Positions 1-8,831 of a stretch of DNA of 59,914 bases are shown one piece after another. The notes under the pieces are model-generated. The model ran no database searches, was not told the origin of the DNA, and saw nothing but the letters and a program-made list of their open reading frames with translations. This DNA is from Candidatus Omnitrophota bacterium (lineage in GTDB: Bacteria > Omnitrophota > Gorgyraeia > Gygaellales > Profunditerraquicolaceae), in contig JAZDFW010000038.1 in NCBI GenBank assembly GCA_043807505.1, forward strand, positions 1 through 59,914, in the 5' to 3' direction. A program made the translations under genes and the position numbers. Within the stretch, counting starts at the first letter, position 1. The number at the start of each line of letters is the position of its first letter.

Positions 1-634
1 GATTGGCAGCGAAGACGTCCCTAAATTTAGAGATTAAATTAACTTTTACAACATCAATCTCAATATTTCTTCCTAAAACTGTTTCCAGAGAAGTCATTTT
101 TATATCCATACCGCACGGACGGATTAAATTATAGTTATCTAAATCATCTTTTTTAATGTTGAGGCTTAAACCGTGAAACGTTATCCAGTTTTTTATGGCA
201 ATGCCGATTGAAGCGATTTTTTTATCCTTAACCCAAACACCTGTTAATCCTTTAATTCTTACTGCCTTAATCCCAAAACAAAATAGTAAACTTATCAAAA
301 TTTCTTCTAATTGCCGTAAAAATAAATTAACATCCTTTTTGAAAAGCCCCAAATTAAATATAGGATAAACGATTAATTGCCCCGGCCCATGATAAGTAAC
401 ATCTCCACCTCGTTCTATGAGGCAGGTTTGTATACCTTTTAGCTTAAGGCCAGCGTCGGAGATTAGAATATTATCAAGGTGCGCTTGTCTTCCTAAAGTT
501 ATTACAGCATTGTGCCGACAGGTTATTAATGCGGATTCGAAGACCCTAAGTTTAATTTGTTGAAAAATATTTCTTTGTTGCTCTAAACTTTTCGTAAAAT
601 CAATTAATCCTGAATCAATGACCTCAAAATTCAT
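1..634 (-). CDS. lipB: lipoyl(octanoyl) transferase LipB; C-terminal end runs off the left window edge
   Basis: Absent from the ORF track because it is open at the window edge. Hand translation from ATG (634-632): MNFEVIDSGLIDFTKSLEQQ...CLIERGGDVTYHGPGQLIVYPIFNL...NLIRPCGMDIK... The RGGxxTYHGPGQ and PCG motifs are LipB hallmarks. No stop codon before position 1. Confidence 0.85.
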   Translation of the reverse strand, partial: MNFEVIDSGLIDFTKSLEQQRNIFQQIKLRVFESALITCRHNAVITLGRQAHLDNILISDAGLKLKGIQTCLIERGGDVTYHGPGQLIVYPIFNLGLFKKDVNLFLRQLEEILISLLFCFGIKAVRIKGLTGVWVKDKKIASIGIAIKNWITFHGLSLNIKKDDLDNYNLIRPCGMDIKMTSLETVLGRNIEIDVVKVNLISKFRDVFAAN

Positions 635-638
635 GCTT

Positions 639-1910
639 TTATCCAAAAGCCTCGCCTATTGATTCCGAAAGAGTAGGATGGGCGAAAATCGTGTTTTTTA
701 TGCTGCTTATAGTAAGGCGATTTTGTATGGCTAAAGTTAAAATACCGATTAATTCTGTTGCCCGCGCTCCAATAATTACGGCAGAGATAATTCTACCTGT
801 ATTTTTTTCAGAAGAAATTTTAATAAAACCTTCGGTTTCATCTAATATACGCGCCATACCAGAACCCAAGAATTCAAATTTATCTACTTGAGCAAACTCA
901 TCTTTTAATCCAACACTAGCGATTTCAGGATCAGTAAAAATACAATTTGGAACATTTCTGTTATCGCATTTTCTAAGATTACCGGGATTTGCAATATTTT
1001 CTGCGGCAAGTTTACCTTGATAAGCGGCAAAATGCGCTAGCATACATTTAGCAGTACAATCCCCTGCCGCGAAAATATTCGAGAAATTCGTTTTTAAAAA
1101 TTCGTCAGTAACAATTTTCCCTTTTTCAATATTTATACCGATTTTTTCGAGCCCCAGGCCGCTAGTTAAGGGGGACCTTCCTACACAAACTAAGACTATG
1201 GAATAATTCTTTAAGTCGTAGCTCGCTGCATCAGTATTTGTAAAAACCATAATCCCTTTCTTCTTAAAAATTATCTCGATTTTGCGCGCTACTTCGTTAT
1301 CCTCTCCAGGTAAAAGCTGGGGCATTTTTTCTACTATTGCCACTTTAGTGCCAAGGCTTGAAAAAAGAGAAGCAAATTCACAACCAATCACGCCTCCGCC
1401 AATAATTAATAAAGACTGGGGCAATTCTTTTAAATTCAAGATCTCGTCACTTGAGATAATCTTCTCTGAGTCAAATTTTAAATCTTTTAACTCAATTGAT
1501 TTTGAGCCGGAAGCAATAAGGAAATATTTCGCGTTTAATTTTCTTGTCCCTACTTGCAAGCAAGTGGGGGATAGAAAATTTGCCTCGCCAAAGATCAAAT
1601 CAATACCTTTAAGCATAAACTCCATGCCCTTAGAAAGTTGCTGCACTAAATTTTGTTTTTTTGCCTGGATCTGGCTAAAATTAACTTTTGGCTCTATGGT
1701 TTCGATGCCAAAATTACTTGCTTTTTTAATAAGGCTATAAACTTTTGCGCTTTGAATGAGGGCTTTGGTAGGAATACAACCTCGATTTAGGCAGGTGCCT
1801 CCGATTTTATCTTTTTCGACTACTGCGGTTTTTAACCCTAATTGCTGCGCTTTTTTTGCCGCATTAAATCCAGCCCAACCAGCGCCAATAATGACTAAAT
1901 CGTAGTCCAT
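639..1910 (-). CDS. lpdA: dihydrolipoyl dehydrogenase-like flavoprotein disulfide reductase (short, 423 aa)
   Basis: FAD fold GAGWAG, redox-active disulfide GGTCLNRGCIPTK, C-terminal HPTLSE His-Glu motif. Adjacent to lipB. Confidence 0.8.
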   Translation of the reverse strand: MDYDLVIIGAGWAGFNAAKKAQQLGLKTAVVEKDKIGGTCLNRGCIPTKALIQSAKVYSLIKKASNFGIETIEPKVNFSQIQAKKQNLVQQLSKGMEFMLKGIDLIFGEANFLSPTCLQVGTRKLNAKYFLIASGSKSIELKDLKFDSEKIISSDEILNLKELPQSLLIIGGGVIGCEFASLFSSLGTKVAIVEKMPQLLPGEDNEVARKIEIIFKKKGIMVFTNTDAASYDLKNYSIVLVCVGRSPLTSGLGLEKIGINIEKGKIVTDEFLKTNFSNIFAAGDCTAKCMLAHFAAYQGKLAAENIANPGNLRKCDNRNVPNCIFTDPEIASVGLKDEFAQVDKFEFLGSGMARILDETEGFIKISSEKNTGRIISAVIIGARATELIGILTLAIQNRLTISSIKNTIFAHPTLSESIGEAFG

Positions 1911-1913
1911 AAT

Positions 1914-2834
1914 CTAAGCAGAGATTAATTTATACTGCTCTTTAAGATTTGCCGCGGACTTAATTAGTATTTCTTTTTCTTCTTTGCTTAAATCCAACTC
2001 AATGATTTCTTCTATGCCATTTTTACCTAAGCGGGCCGGCACACCGATACAGGCGTCTCTTATGCCGTATTCGCCATTTAGATACGCACAAACACAAATC
2101 GTGCGTTTTTGATCTTTGACAATAACTTTCACGATGTCGGCAATCGCCGCAGAAGGCGCGTAATAAGCGCTGCCGCTTCCCAATAATGAAACAATCTCTG
2201 CTCCCCGATTAACGGTTTTTTTAACTAAATCGTTAATTTTTTCCTCATTTAAAAATTCATCCAGGGTAACACCTTTTATGTTTGTTAGTTTAGGCAAAGG
2301 TAACATCCCTTCACCGTGTATGCCGATAACGCAGGCCTCAACATCAACCGGCGAAACATTCAATTCTTCTGCGATTAGATTAGCAAACCTGGCCGCATCA
2401 AGGCTGGTGCCCATTCCGAATAATCTGTTTTTGTCGAATCCGGTAGTTTTTAGCGCAAAATAAGTCATGAGATCCAGCGGGTTAGTTACGATTATAACAA
2501 TCGCTTCAGAAGCTAAATCTTTTATATTATTGCAAACATCTTTTAGTATAGCGGCATTTTTATTCAACAATTCTTCACGGGTCATCCCGGGTTTACGCGC
2601 TAACCCCGCTGTAATCACCACAACATCCGAATTCTTTATTTCTTTAATATCATTAGCCCCGCAAACATTGTAATTATGTTTTGTGATTGCTCTGGCATCT
2701 TGTAAATCAAAAGCTTTGCCACAAGCCAAGCCGCCTGCAATATCAACTAAATTAATATCGCCGAGCCCTTCCTCGGCAAGGCGCATTGCAGTCGTCCCGC
2801 CTACATTTCCCGCGCCAAGAATAGATATCTTCAT
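1914..2834 (-). CDS. mdh: malate dehydrogenase (LDH-like family)
   Basis: N-terminal GAGNVGG Rossmann motif. [10 protein letters not shown] has Arg at the substrate-discriminating position typical of MDH rather than LDH. Confidence 0.8.
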   Translation of the reverse strand: MKISILGAGNVGGTTAMRLAEEGLGDINLVDIAGGLACGKAFDLQDARAITKHNYNVCGANDIKEIKNSDVVVITAGLARKPGMTREELLNKNAAILKDVCNNIKDLASEAIVIIVTNPLDLMTYFALKTTGFDKNRLFGMGTSLDAARFANLIAEELNVSPVDVEACVIGIHGEGMLPLPKLTNIKGVTLDEFLNEEKINDLVKKTVNRGAEIVSLLGSGSAYYAPSAAIADIVKVIVKDQKRTICVCAYLNGEYGIRDACIGVPARLGKNGIEEIIELDLSKEEKEILIKSAANLKEQYKLISA

Positions 2835-3913
2835 TTTAACTTGGCAATAATAGCATCTGCCATACCTTGAGTTCCAACTGCTGATGGATCATCGCCCGTT
2901 GGCTTTAAATCATAAGTAACAGACTTACCCTCTAAAAGCACTTGCTTTACCGCATTTTCTAATTTCTCCGCGGCTTTTTCTTCGCCGATGTATCTTAACA
3001 TCAAAACCCCCGATAGGATCATTGCGGTAGGATTGACTTTATCCATGCCGGCATATTTAGGGGCTGAGCCATGCACCGCCTCAAATACTGCTAATCCCTC
3101 GCCAATATTCGCACCCGGAGCAACCCCTAAACCGCCGACTAAACCAGCACATAGGTCAGATAAAATGTCGCCGTAAAGATTAGGTAAAACCAACACATCA
3201 TAATTATGCGGCTTCTGCACTAACTGCATACACATATTATCCACTAGCGCTTCTTCAAAGACAATTTTACCCGCATAATCCTTTGCTACTTCCCGGGCAG
3301 TATTAAGAAAAAGCCCGTCAGTAAATTTCATAATATTCGCTTTTTGGACACAAGTGACTTTTTTACGGTTAAATTTCAGGGCATATTCAAAGGCATATCG
3401 GACGATTCTTTCTGAAGCAAATTTTGAGATAAGCTTAATTGATATTCCTGAATCACGGCGGATTTTCTTTGAGGTATATTTTTCGATTTGGCCAATCAGG
3501 GCTTGGGTCTGGGGCTTTCCAACTTCAAATTCGATGCCAGCGTATAAATCTTCGCTATTTTCTCTGATTATCACCAGGTCTATATCTTTATACGGACTTT
3601 TTACTCCTATGTAAGATTTTGTTGGGCGCACACAGGCATACAAATCAAGCGCATGCCTTATTGCAACGTTTACGGAACGAAAACCGGTGCCAATAGGAGT
3701 AATAATCGGCCCTTTTAAAGCAATTTTATTTTTTTTTATTGATCTTAAGACATTTTCCGGCAGCAGAGTTCCAAGTTTTTCTAGGGCAGCCTGGCCAGCA
3801 CTAACTTCTTCCCATTCTATTTTTACGCCTGTAGAATCAATACATCTTTTAGCGGCTAAAGCTACTTCCGGGCCGATTCCATCGCCTGGAATTAAGGTAA
3901 TTTTACGGCTCAT
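2831..3913 (-). CDS. icd: isocitrate dehydrogenase-type beta-decarboxylating dehydrogenase (360 aa)
   Basis: IPGDGIGPE start. [31 protein letters not shown] resembles the isocitrate-binding SxN segment of [12 protein letters not shown] metal site. Confidence 0.7.
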   Translation of the reverse strand: MSRKITLIPGDGIGPEVALAAKRCIDSTGVKIEWEEVSAGQAALEKLGTLLPENVLRSIKKNKIALKGPIITPIGTGFRSVNVAIRHALDLYACVRPTKSYIGVKSPYKDIDLVIIRENSEDLYAGIEFEVGKPQTQALIGQIEKYTSKKIRRDSGISIKLISKFASERIVRYAFEYALKFNRKKVTCVQKANIMKFTDGLFLNTAREVAKDYAGKIVFEEALVDNMCMQLVQKPHNYDVLVLPNLYGDILSDLCAGLVGGLGVAPGANIGEGLAVFEAVHGSAPKYAGMDKVNPTAMILSGVLMLRYIGEEKAAEKLENAVKQVLLEGKSVTYDLKPTGDDPSAVGTQGMADAIIAKLK

Positions 3914-3914
3914 C

Positions 3915-4415
3915 TTAAATTTTTAATTCCCCGTATTTTTTTATGTAATCAACTACGCCGCCCTCCTGCAATAACTTTTGCATAAATTCAGGCAGCGGAT
4001 TAATCTTTACTTCAGTATTTTTAGTTAAATTATTAACTTGCCCTTTATCAAAATCAATACATAGGAAATCGTTCCCGCTAATCTTATCCGTATCTAATTC
4101 AATTAAAGGCAGGCCGATATTAAAGGCATTACGATAAAATATTCTTGCAAAAGATTTGGCAATTACGCCAATGATACCCGCTTCTTTAATCACTAATGGA
4201 GCTTGTTCCCTTGAGGAACCCATACCGAAATTACTGCCAGCTACAATTATGGATTTTCCCGGCACTATCTTAGCGGGAAAACTTGGATCAATATCTTCCA
4301 TGATGTGTTTTGCTAATTCTTTCATGTCAGTAATGGCAAATTTATACCTTCCTGAAATAATAAAATCAGTGTTTATATTATCGCCTAATTTTATAGCCTC
4401 CCCTTCAATTTTCAT
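3915..4415 (-). CDS. aconitase-family small subunit (LeuD/HacB type)
   Basis: 166 aa with the [14 protein letters not shown] swivel-domain motif. Substrate (isopropylmalate, homoaconitate or aconitate) is not resolvable by eye. Confidence 0.75.
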   Translation of the reverse strand: MKIEGEAIKLGDNINTDFIISGRYKFAITDMKELAKHIMEDIDPSFPAKIVPGKSIIVAGSNFGMGSSREQAPLVIKEAGIIGVIAKSFARIFYRNAFNIGLPLIELDTDKISGNDFLCIDFDKGQVNNLTKNTEVKINPLPEFMQKLLQEGGVVDYIKKYGELKI

Positions 4416-4457
4416 GTTTGGCCATTATCAGTTACCACTTACAACTAAACTCTCTGG

Positions 4458-5504
4458 TTATAGCTGTTTAAACTCGTCCATATTCTTGACTTTAGACATT
4501 GCAGCGTCCATGGTAATTAACCCTTGCTGAAATAAATCCTTCAGGCATTTATCCATTGTCTTCATGCCATACTGACTGCCGGTCTGAATCAAGGTCGGTA
4601 TCTGCTCAATCTCCTGTTCACGGATAAGATTTCTTATGCCGGCTGTAGCAATCATTACCTCCGTTGCAAGCACACGGCCCGTGCCTGAGGTCCTAGGAAG
4701 CAATAATTGCGAAATTACTCCCTGAAGGCAATCCGCAAGCTGAAGTTTTACCTGTTGCTGCTGGTGAGGCGGGAATACATCGATAATTCTTTGTACTGTC
4801 TGAGGCGCATCCGGAGTATGCAAAGTTGCCAAAACCAAGTGGCCTGTTTCAGCGGCCGTAAGAGTAGTTGAAATAGTTTCTAAATCGCGCATTTCGCCTA
4901 CAACAATAACATTCGGATCCTGGCGCAAAGTATGTTTCAATGCCTCTGCGAAAGAATGAGTATCGGCATAAACTTCTCTTTGCTTTACAATACTCTTTTT
5001 ATTCACATGAATAAATTCTATAGGATCTTCAATACAAACCATCACGCATTCTTTCTCGCTATTGATAAGATCAATTATTGCCGCTAATGTTGTGGTCTTA
5101 CCGACTCCTGTAGGGCCTGTGACTAAAACTAAACCATTGGGCCTGCGAGCAAGATCAAAAACTATAGGAGGTAAACCTAAATCCTGAATAGTCGGTATAA
5201 CTAAAGGTACACGCCTAAAGGCTGCTTCCACAGAACCTTTCTGTAAATGAATGTTAACCCTAAATCTATCCATGCTAGGAAGCGCCAGAGAAAAATCTAA
5301 TTCTAACTCCCGTTCGAATTTTTCTTTTTGCGGATTGGTCAAAACACTATAGATCATTCTCTTTAGGTCATCTTTGCTTAAAGCGCCCGTTGTAGTGCGG
5401 TAGATGTTACCATCAATACGCAAAATCGGCGGTTCTTTTTCGGTAAGATGCAAGTCTGAAGCCTTTTTTTCAATGCATAACAACAGTAACTCTTTTATCT
5501 CCAT
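4458..5504 (-). CDS. pilT: type IV pilus retraction ATPase PilT (348 aa from MEIKELLL)
   Basis: Walker A GPTGVGKTT, and GHLVLATLHT PilT/PilU signature. Start reassigned to ATG 5504-5502, preceded by AGGAGGGGG. The 56-aa upstream extension in the ORF track reads through a repeat element. Confidence 0.85.
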   Translation of the reverse strand: MEIKELLLLCIEKKASDLHLTEKEPPILRIDGNIYRTTTGALSKDDLKRMIYSVLTNPQKEKFERELELDFSLALPSMDRFRVNIHLQKGSVEAAFRRVPLVIPTIQDLGLPPIVFDLARRPNGLVLVTGPTGVGKTTTLAAIIDLINSEKECVMVCIEDPIEFIHVNKKSIVKQREVYADTHSFAEALKHTLRQDPNVIVVGEMRDLETISTTLTAAETGHLVLATLHTPDAPQTVQRIIDVFPPHQQQQVKLQLADCLQGVISQLLLPRTSGTGRVLATEVMIATAGIRNLIREQEIEQIPTLIQTGSQYGMKTMDKCLKDLFQQGLITMDAAMSKVKNMDEFKQL

Positions 5505-5530
5505 AACAGTCCCCCTCCTAAAAAAAATTA

Positions 5531-5635
5531 TAACCCCAAATTTTGCCTGCCCGCCTATGGCGGGTGAAGCAAAATTTGCCCCGAAGGGGTTGCGCAACAA
5601 AATCCGACGAGGATTTTGTTGGTTTCGCAAGGTAA
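5531..5635 (+). repeat. TAA-bounded nested-hairpin element, left-type module (unit A1)
   Basis: TAA-CCCCAAATTTTGC[CCCGCCtatGGCGGG]GCAAAATTTG-CCCCgaaGGGG-...CAACAAAATCCgacgaGGATTTTGTTG...GCAAGG-TAA. Same module order as the copy after hisA (49184-49273, opposite strand). Confidence 0.7.
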
Positions 5636-5798
5636 TCCCGGGTTTTACACACACTATTTTGTGCAGTTGCAAAATTTGGGATACCCCGCAAAGCCGGCCA
5701 AATTCTCGTCGAATTTGACCGTGCGGCCCCTCGCTATACCTAAAGGTAGGCTACGCACTCGCTCGGGGCGGATTTTTCTAACGCAAAATCCGGGATAA
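5633..5798 (+). repeat. TAA-bounded nested-hairpin element, right-type module (unit A2), MITE-like
   Basis: TAA-TCCCGGGTTTTAC...GCAAAATCCGGGA-TAA with imperfect terminal inverted repeats. By hand alignment, 63/67 and 37/40 positions are identical to the inverted copy at 35181-35316. Carries a 23-nt internal insertion relative to that copy. Confidence 0.8.
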
Positions 5799-7046
5799 AT
5801 ATTTACGTGGATCCGTAATCTTACCGGTAATTGCGGAAGCCGTAACCGTTGCAGGCGATGCTAAATAAATAAATGCCTCTGGGTTTCCCATGCGGCCTTT
5901 AAAATTCCTATTAGCAGAAGAAATAACAATTTCCCCATCCGCGGGAACCCCGTTATGTGTACCGACGCATGGCCCGCAGCCAGGTGTCAAAACTACAGCG
6001 CCTGAGCTAACAAACACGCCAATAATCCCTAACTTTAAAGCTTCCTGAAGTATTTCCCGCGAACTCGGAGCAATGATAAACTTTACTCCCTTAGCAACTT
6101 TTCTGGATTTTAGAATCGATGCGGCTATTTTCAAATCATGGATTCTACCATTAGTACAGCTACCTAGGTAAGCCTCGTTGATTTTTATGTTTTTTAATTC
6201 CCCTACAGGCACAGCGCTATCTACATTATGCGGACAGCTTACTTGAGGAACTAACCTAGAAATATCATACTCCAAAATTTTTGAATATAAAGCATTTTTA
6301 TCGGCAATAACCGGATTTATTTTTCTCTTACTTTTGACGCGCGGGCTTAGCCAGAAAAGAGTTTTTTCATCTACCGGCATAAAACCTGCCTTTGCCCCCA
6401 TTTCAACCACCATATTAGATATAGTAAAACGCCCATCCATATCCAGCTTATCTATTACCGGGCCAGAAAACTCAATTGCCTTATAAGTGGCGCCGTCTGC
6501 GCCAATTTTAGTAATTATATAGAGGATAATATCTTTGGCAAAAATTCCTTTGGGGATTTTCCCTGTAATTATTATTTTAATCGTCTCAGGAACCTTTAAC
6601 CAGTTCGACCCTGTGGCAAGTGAGACCGCTAAGTCAGTCGAACCTACTCCCGTAGAAAAAGCGCCCAGCGCCCCATATGTGCAAGTATGCGAATCCGCGC
6701 CAAAAACCAGGTCCCCGGGAAGTATCCGGCCGGATTCAGGGATTACTTGATGGCAAACGCCGCAACCAATATCATAAAACATAGTCTGATATTGCGAGTA
6801 AAAATCGCGCATTTTTTTATGTACGCGCGAAACACCCTCACTAGGAGAAGGCGCGCTATGGTCTATGACCATACAAAATTTAGTTTTTAACTTTTTTGTA
6901 CCAAGCTCTTTTATTCTGTCGATAATAATTGAAGAGGTACCATCTTGCCCCAAGGCAAAATCAATTCTACACAAAGCAAAATCGCCGGCTTTTAAATCAC
7001 GGCCGGCATGTTTGCTTAATATTTTTTCAGCAATTGTCTTCCACAT
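5778..7046 (-). CDS. aconitase-family large subunit (LeuC/HacA type, 422 aa)
   Basis: GADSHTCTYGALGAF, LGSCTNGR and PGCGPCVG Fe-S/active-site motifs. The last 5 codons plus the TAG stop lie inside repeat unit A2. Confidence 0.8.
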   Translation of the reverse strand: MWKTIAEKILSKHAGRDLKAGDFALCRIDFALGQDGTSSIIIDRIKELGTKKLKTKFCMVIDHSAPSPSEGVSRVHKKMRDFYSQYQTMFYDIGCGVCHQVIPESGRILPGDLVFGADSHTCTYGALGAFSTGVGSTDLAVSLATGSNWLKVPETIKIIITGKIPKGIFAKDIILYIITKIGADGATYKAIEFSGPVIDKLDMDGRFTISNMVVEMGAKAGFMPVDEKTLFWLSPRVKSKRKINPVIADKNALYSKILEYDISRLVPQVSCPHNVDSAVPVGELKNIKINEAYLGSCTNGRIHDLKIAASILKSRKVAKGVKFIIAPSSREILQEALKLGIIGVFVSSGAVVLTPGCGPCVGTHNGVPADGEIVISSANRNFKGRMGNPEAFIYLASPATVTASAITGKITDPRKYLSRILR

Positions 7047-7067
7047 AAGAATTTTTAAGTTTAGTAT

Positions 7068-8243
7068 TTAGAGTTTATTTACCCATTCCTCTATTCTATC
7101 CATTCCCTTTTTTAATTGTTCTAAATTTGTGGCAAAACTTATGCGTATAAAATCATTCCTTCCAAAACTATCCCCCGGTATTACCGCGACAAGCGCTTGG
7201 TCAAGCAGGCGCTCAGCAAAAGTCAATGAATCAAGCTTAGTCTTTGATATATCGGAAAATATATAAAATGCTCCTTCTGGGAATACAGGGTTTATTTTTT
7301 TTATCGCTTTTAATCTTGAATAACAATAATCCCTTCTTTTCTGGAACTCGCAAGCCATGGACTTCGAGAAATCATCTCCCGCCTTAAGGGCGGCAAGAGC
7401 TGCTTTTTGACTAATGGAAGCCGGATTAGAAGTCGAATGATCCTGGAATTTTGAAATATTTTCGATAATATCCGCCGGCCCTGCTAAATAACCAATGCGC
7501 CAGCCTGTCATAGAATGGCTTTTAGACAAACCATTAATAGTAATAGTTAAATCGAATATCTCTTTACTAGAGGATGCGATAGATATGTGTTTAGCAGGAT
7601 CAAAAATAATTTTTTCATAAATTTCATCCGAAATGACAAAAATTTTCTTTGCTACGCAGATTTTGGCAATTTCCTTAAGTTCATCTTTTGTATAAACACA
7701 ACCTGTCGGGTTTGATGGGCTATTTAATATCAGCACTTTAGTTTTTGCGCTGATATATTTTTCTATTTCATTGATTTTAACCTTAAATTTATCCTGGGGG
7801 AGAGTGGGTATAAAACGCGGGGTGCCTTCGCATAGCCAAACCATTTCAGGGTAACTTACCCAATAAGGAGACGGGATCAAAACTTCATCGGTTTTGTTAA
7901 TTAAAACAAAAAGTGTATTAAATATACTGTGTTTTGCTCCGCAAGAAACAACTATTTGGTTTGGATTATATTCGAGGTAATTGTCTTTTTTAAATTTTTC
8001 GCAAATCGCATTTTTTAATTCTAAGATGCCGGTCGAGGGGGTATATTTAGTAAACCCGGATTTAATCGCTTCAATCGCAGCATCCTTTATAAAATCAGGA
8101 GTATCAAAATCCGGTTCACCAGCGGCCAAGGATACTACATCAACACCTTCGGCCTTTAATTTTTTTGCTTTTGAAGTAATCCCAAGCGTAGAAGAAGGGT
8201 TTACTTTTTTTAATCTTTCCGCTAAGCGTGTATCTATGCGCAT
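7068..8243 (-). CDS. aspC: class I PLP-dependent aspartate aminotransferase
   Basis: SPSNPTG and the NGLSKSHSMTGWRIGY Lys-PLP motif. Confidence 0.8.
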   Translation of the reverse strand: MRIDTRLAERLKKVNPSSTLGITSKAKKLKAEGVDVVSLAAGEPDFDTPDFIKDAAIEAIKSGFTKYTPSTGILELKNAICEKFKKDNYLEYNPNQIVVSCGAKHSIFNTLFVLINKTDEVLIPSPYWVSYPEMVWLCEGTPRFIPTLPQDKFKVKINEIEKYISAKTKVLILNSPSNPTGCVYTKDELKEIAKICVAKKIFVISDEIYEKIIFDPAKHISIASSSKEIFDLTITINGLSKSHSMTGWRIGYLAGPADIIENISKFQDHSTSNPASISQKAALAALKAGDDFSKSMACEFQKRRDYCYSRLKAIKKINPVFPEGAFYIFSDISKTKLDSLTFAERLLDQALVAVIPGDSFGRNDFIRISFATNLEQLKKGMDRIEEWVNKL

Positions 8244-8270
8244 GAGAAGAAAACATTGAAAAATTTGGGT

Positions 8271-8828
8271 TTAAAGAGGCCCTCTTTCCTTCCTAAAGAT
8301 ATTCTTTAAGCCTCCCAAAAATTTCTTGGGCGGCTTCTTAACAATTGGCGGCTGCTCTTGCTGAACAGCTGTTTGGGTTTTATGCTTTTGTACCTCACTA
8401 ACCGTCTCAGGCTGATTAGTTTCTATTGGGTGTACAGCTTTTTCTTTTTTAACCTTTTTTATTTCCCTTTTTTTAATTTCAGTTAACTCCAGAATAACCA
8501 TTTCCGCGTTGTCACCGCGTCTTTTACCAAGATTCAAGATTCTGGTGTAACCGCCTATTCTTTTTGTAAAACGCGGGGCTAGCTCGGCAAACAAAGCGCT
8601 CACCAGGCGATGGTCACCAAGTATTCTATAAGCTTCTCTTTTTGCTGCCAGCGTATTATCCTTACCTAAAGTGATAAGTTTTTCCACTAAAGGCTTAACC
8701 GCTGCGGCCCTTGCCTTAGTAGTCTTTATGCTCTGATGCAAAAGTACACTCATGGCAAGGCTCTTTAAAGTTGCTTTGCGCCAAGTGCTAAACCGGTTCA
8801 ACTGATGCCTTAATTTCTTATGTCTCAT
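8271..8828 (-). CDS. rplQ: 50S ribosomal protein L17 with about 60-aa basic/Pro-Gln-rich C-terminal tail
   Basis: MRHKKLRHQLNRFSTWRKA... bL17 N-terminus. Last gene of the alpha operon, after rpoA. Confidence 0.9.
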   Translation of the reverse strand: MRHKKLRHQLNRFSTWRKATLKSLAMSVLLHQSIKTTKARAAAVKPLVEKLITLGKDNTLAAKREAYRILGDHRLVSALFAELAPRFTKRIGGYTRILNLGKRRGDNAEMVILELTEIKKREIKKVKKEKAVHPIETNQPETVSEVQKHKTQTAVQQEQPPIVKKPPKKFLGGLKNIFRKERGPL

Positions 8829-8831
8829 ATC

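Noticed and set aside
5505-5672. 56-aa N-terminal extension of the pilT ORF (MQLHKIVCVKPG...)
   Set aside because: It reads through the repeat elements. A strong AGGAGGGGG RBS precedes the internal MEIKELLL start, which matches PilT N-termini.
5531-5798. Possible CRISPR array or known ncRNA (tmRNA, SRP, RNase P, 6S) in the GC-rich hairpin-rich spacers
   Set aside because: The repeats are inverted (hairpins), not direct repeats with regular spacers, and there are no cas genes. None of the conserved motifs of those RNAs could be recognised. Copies occur in both orientations.
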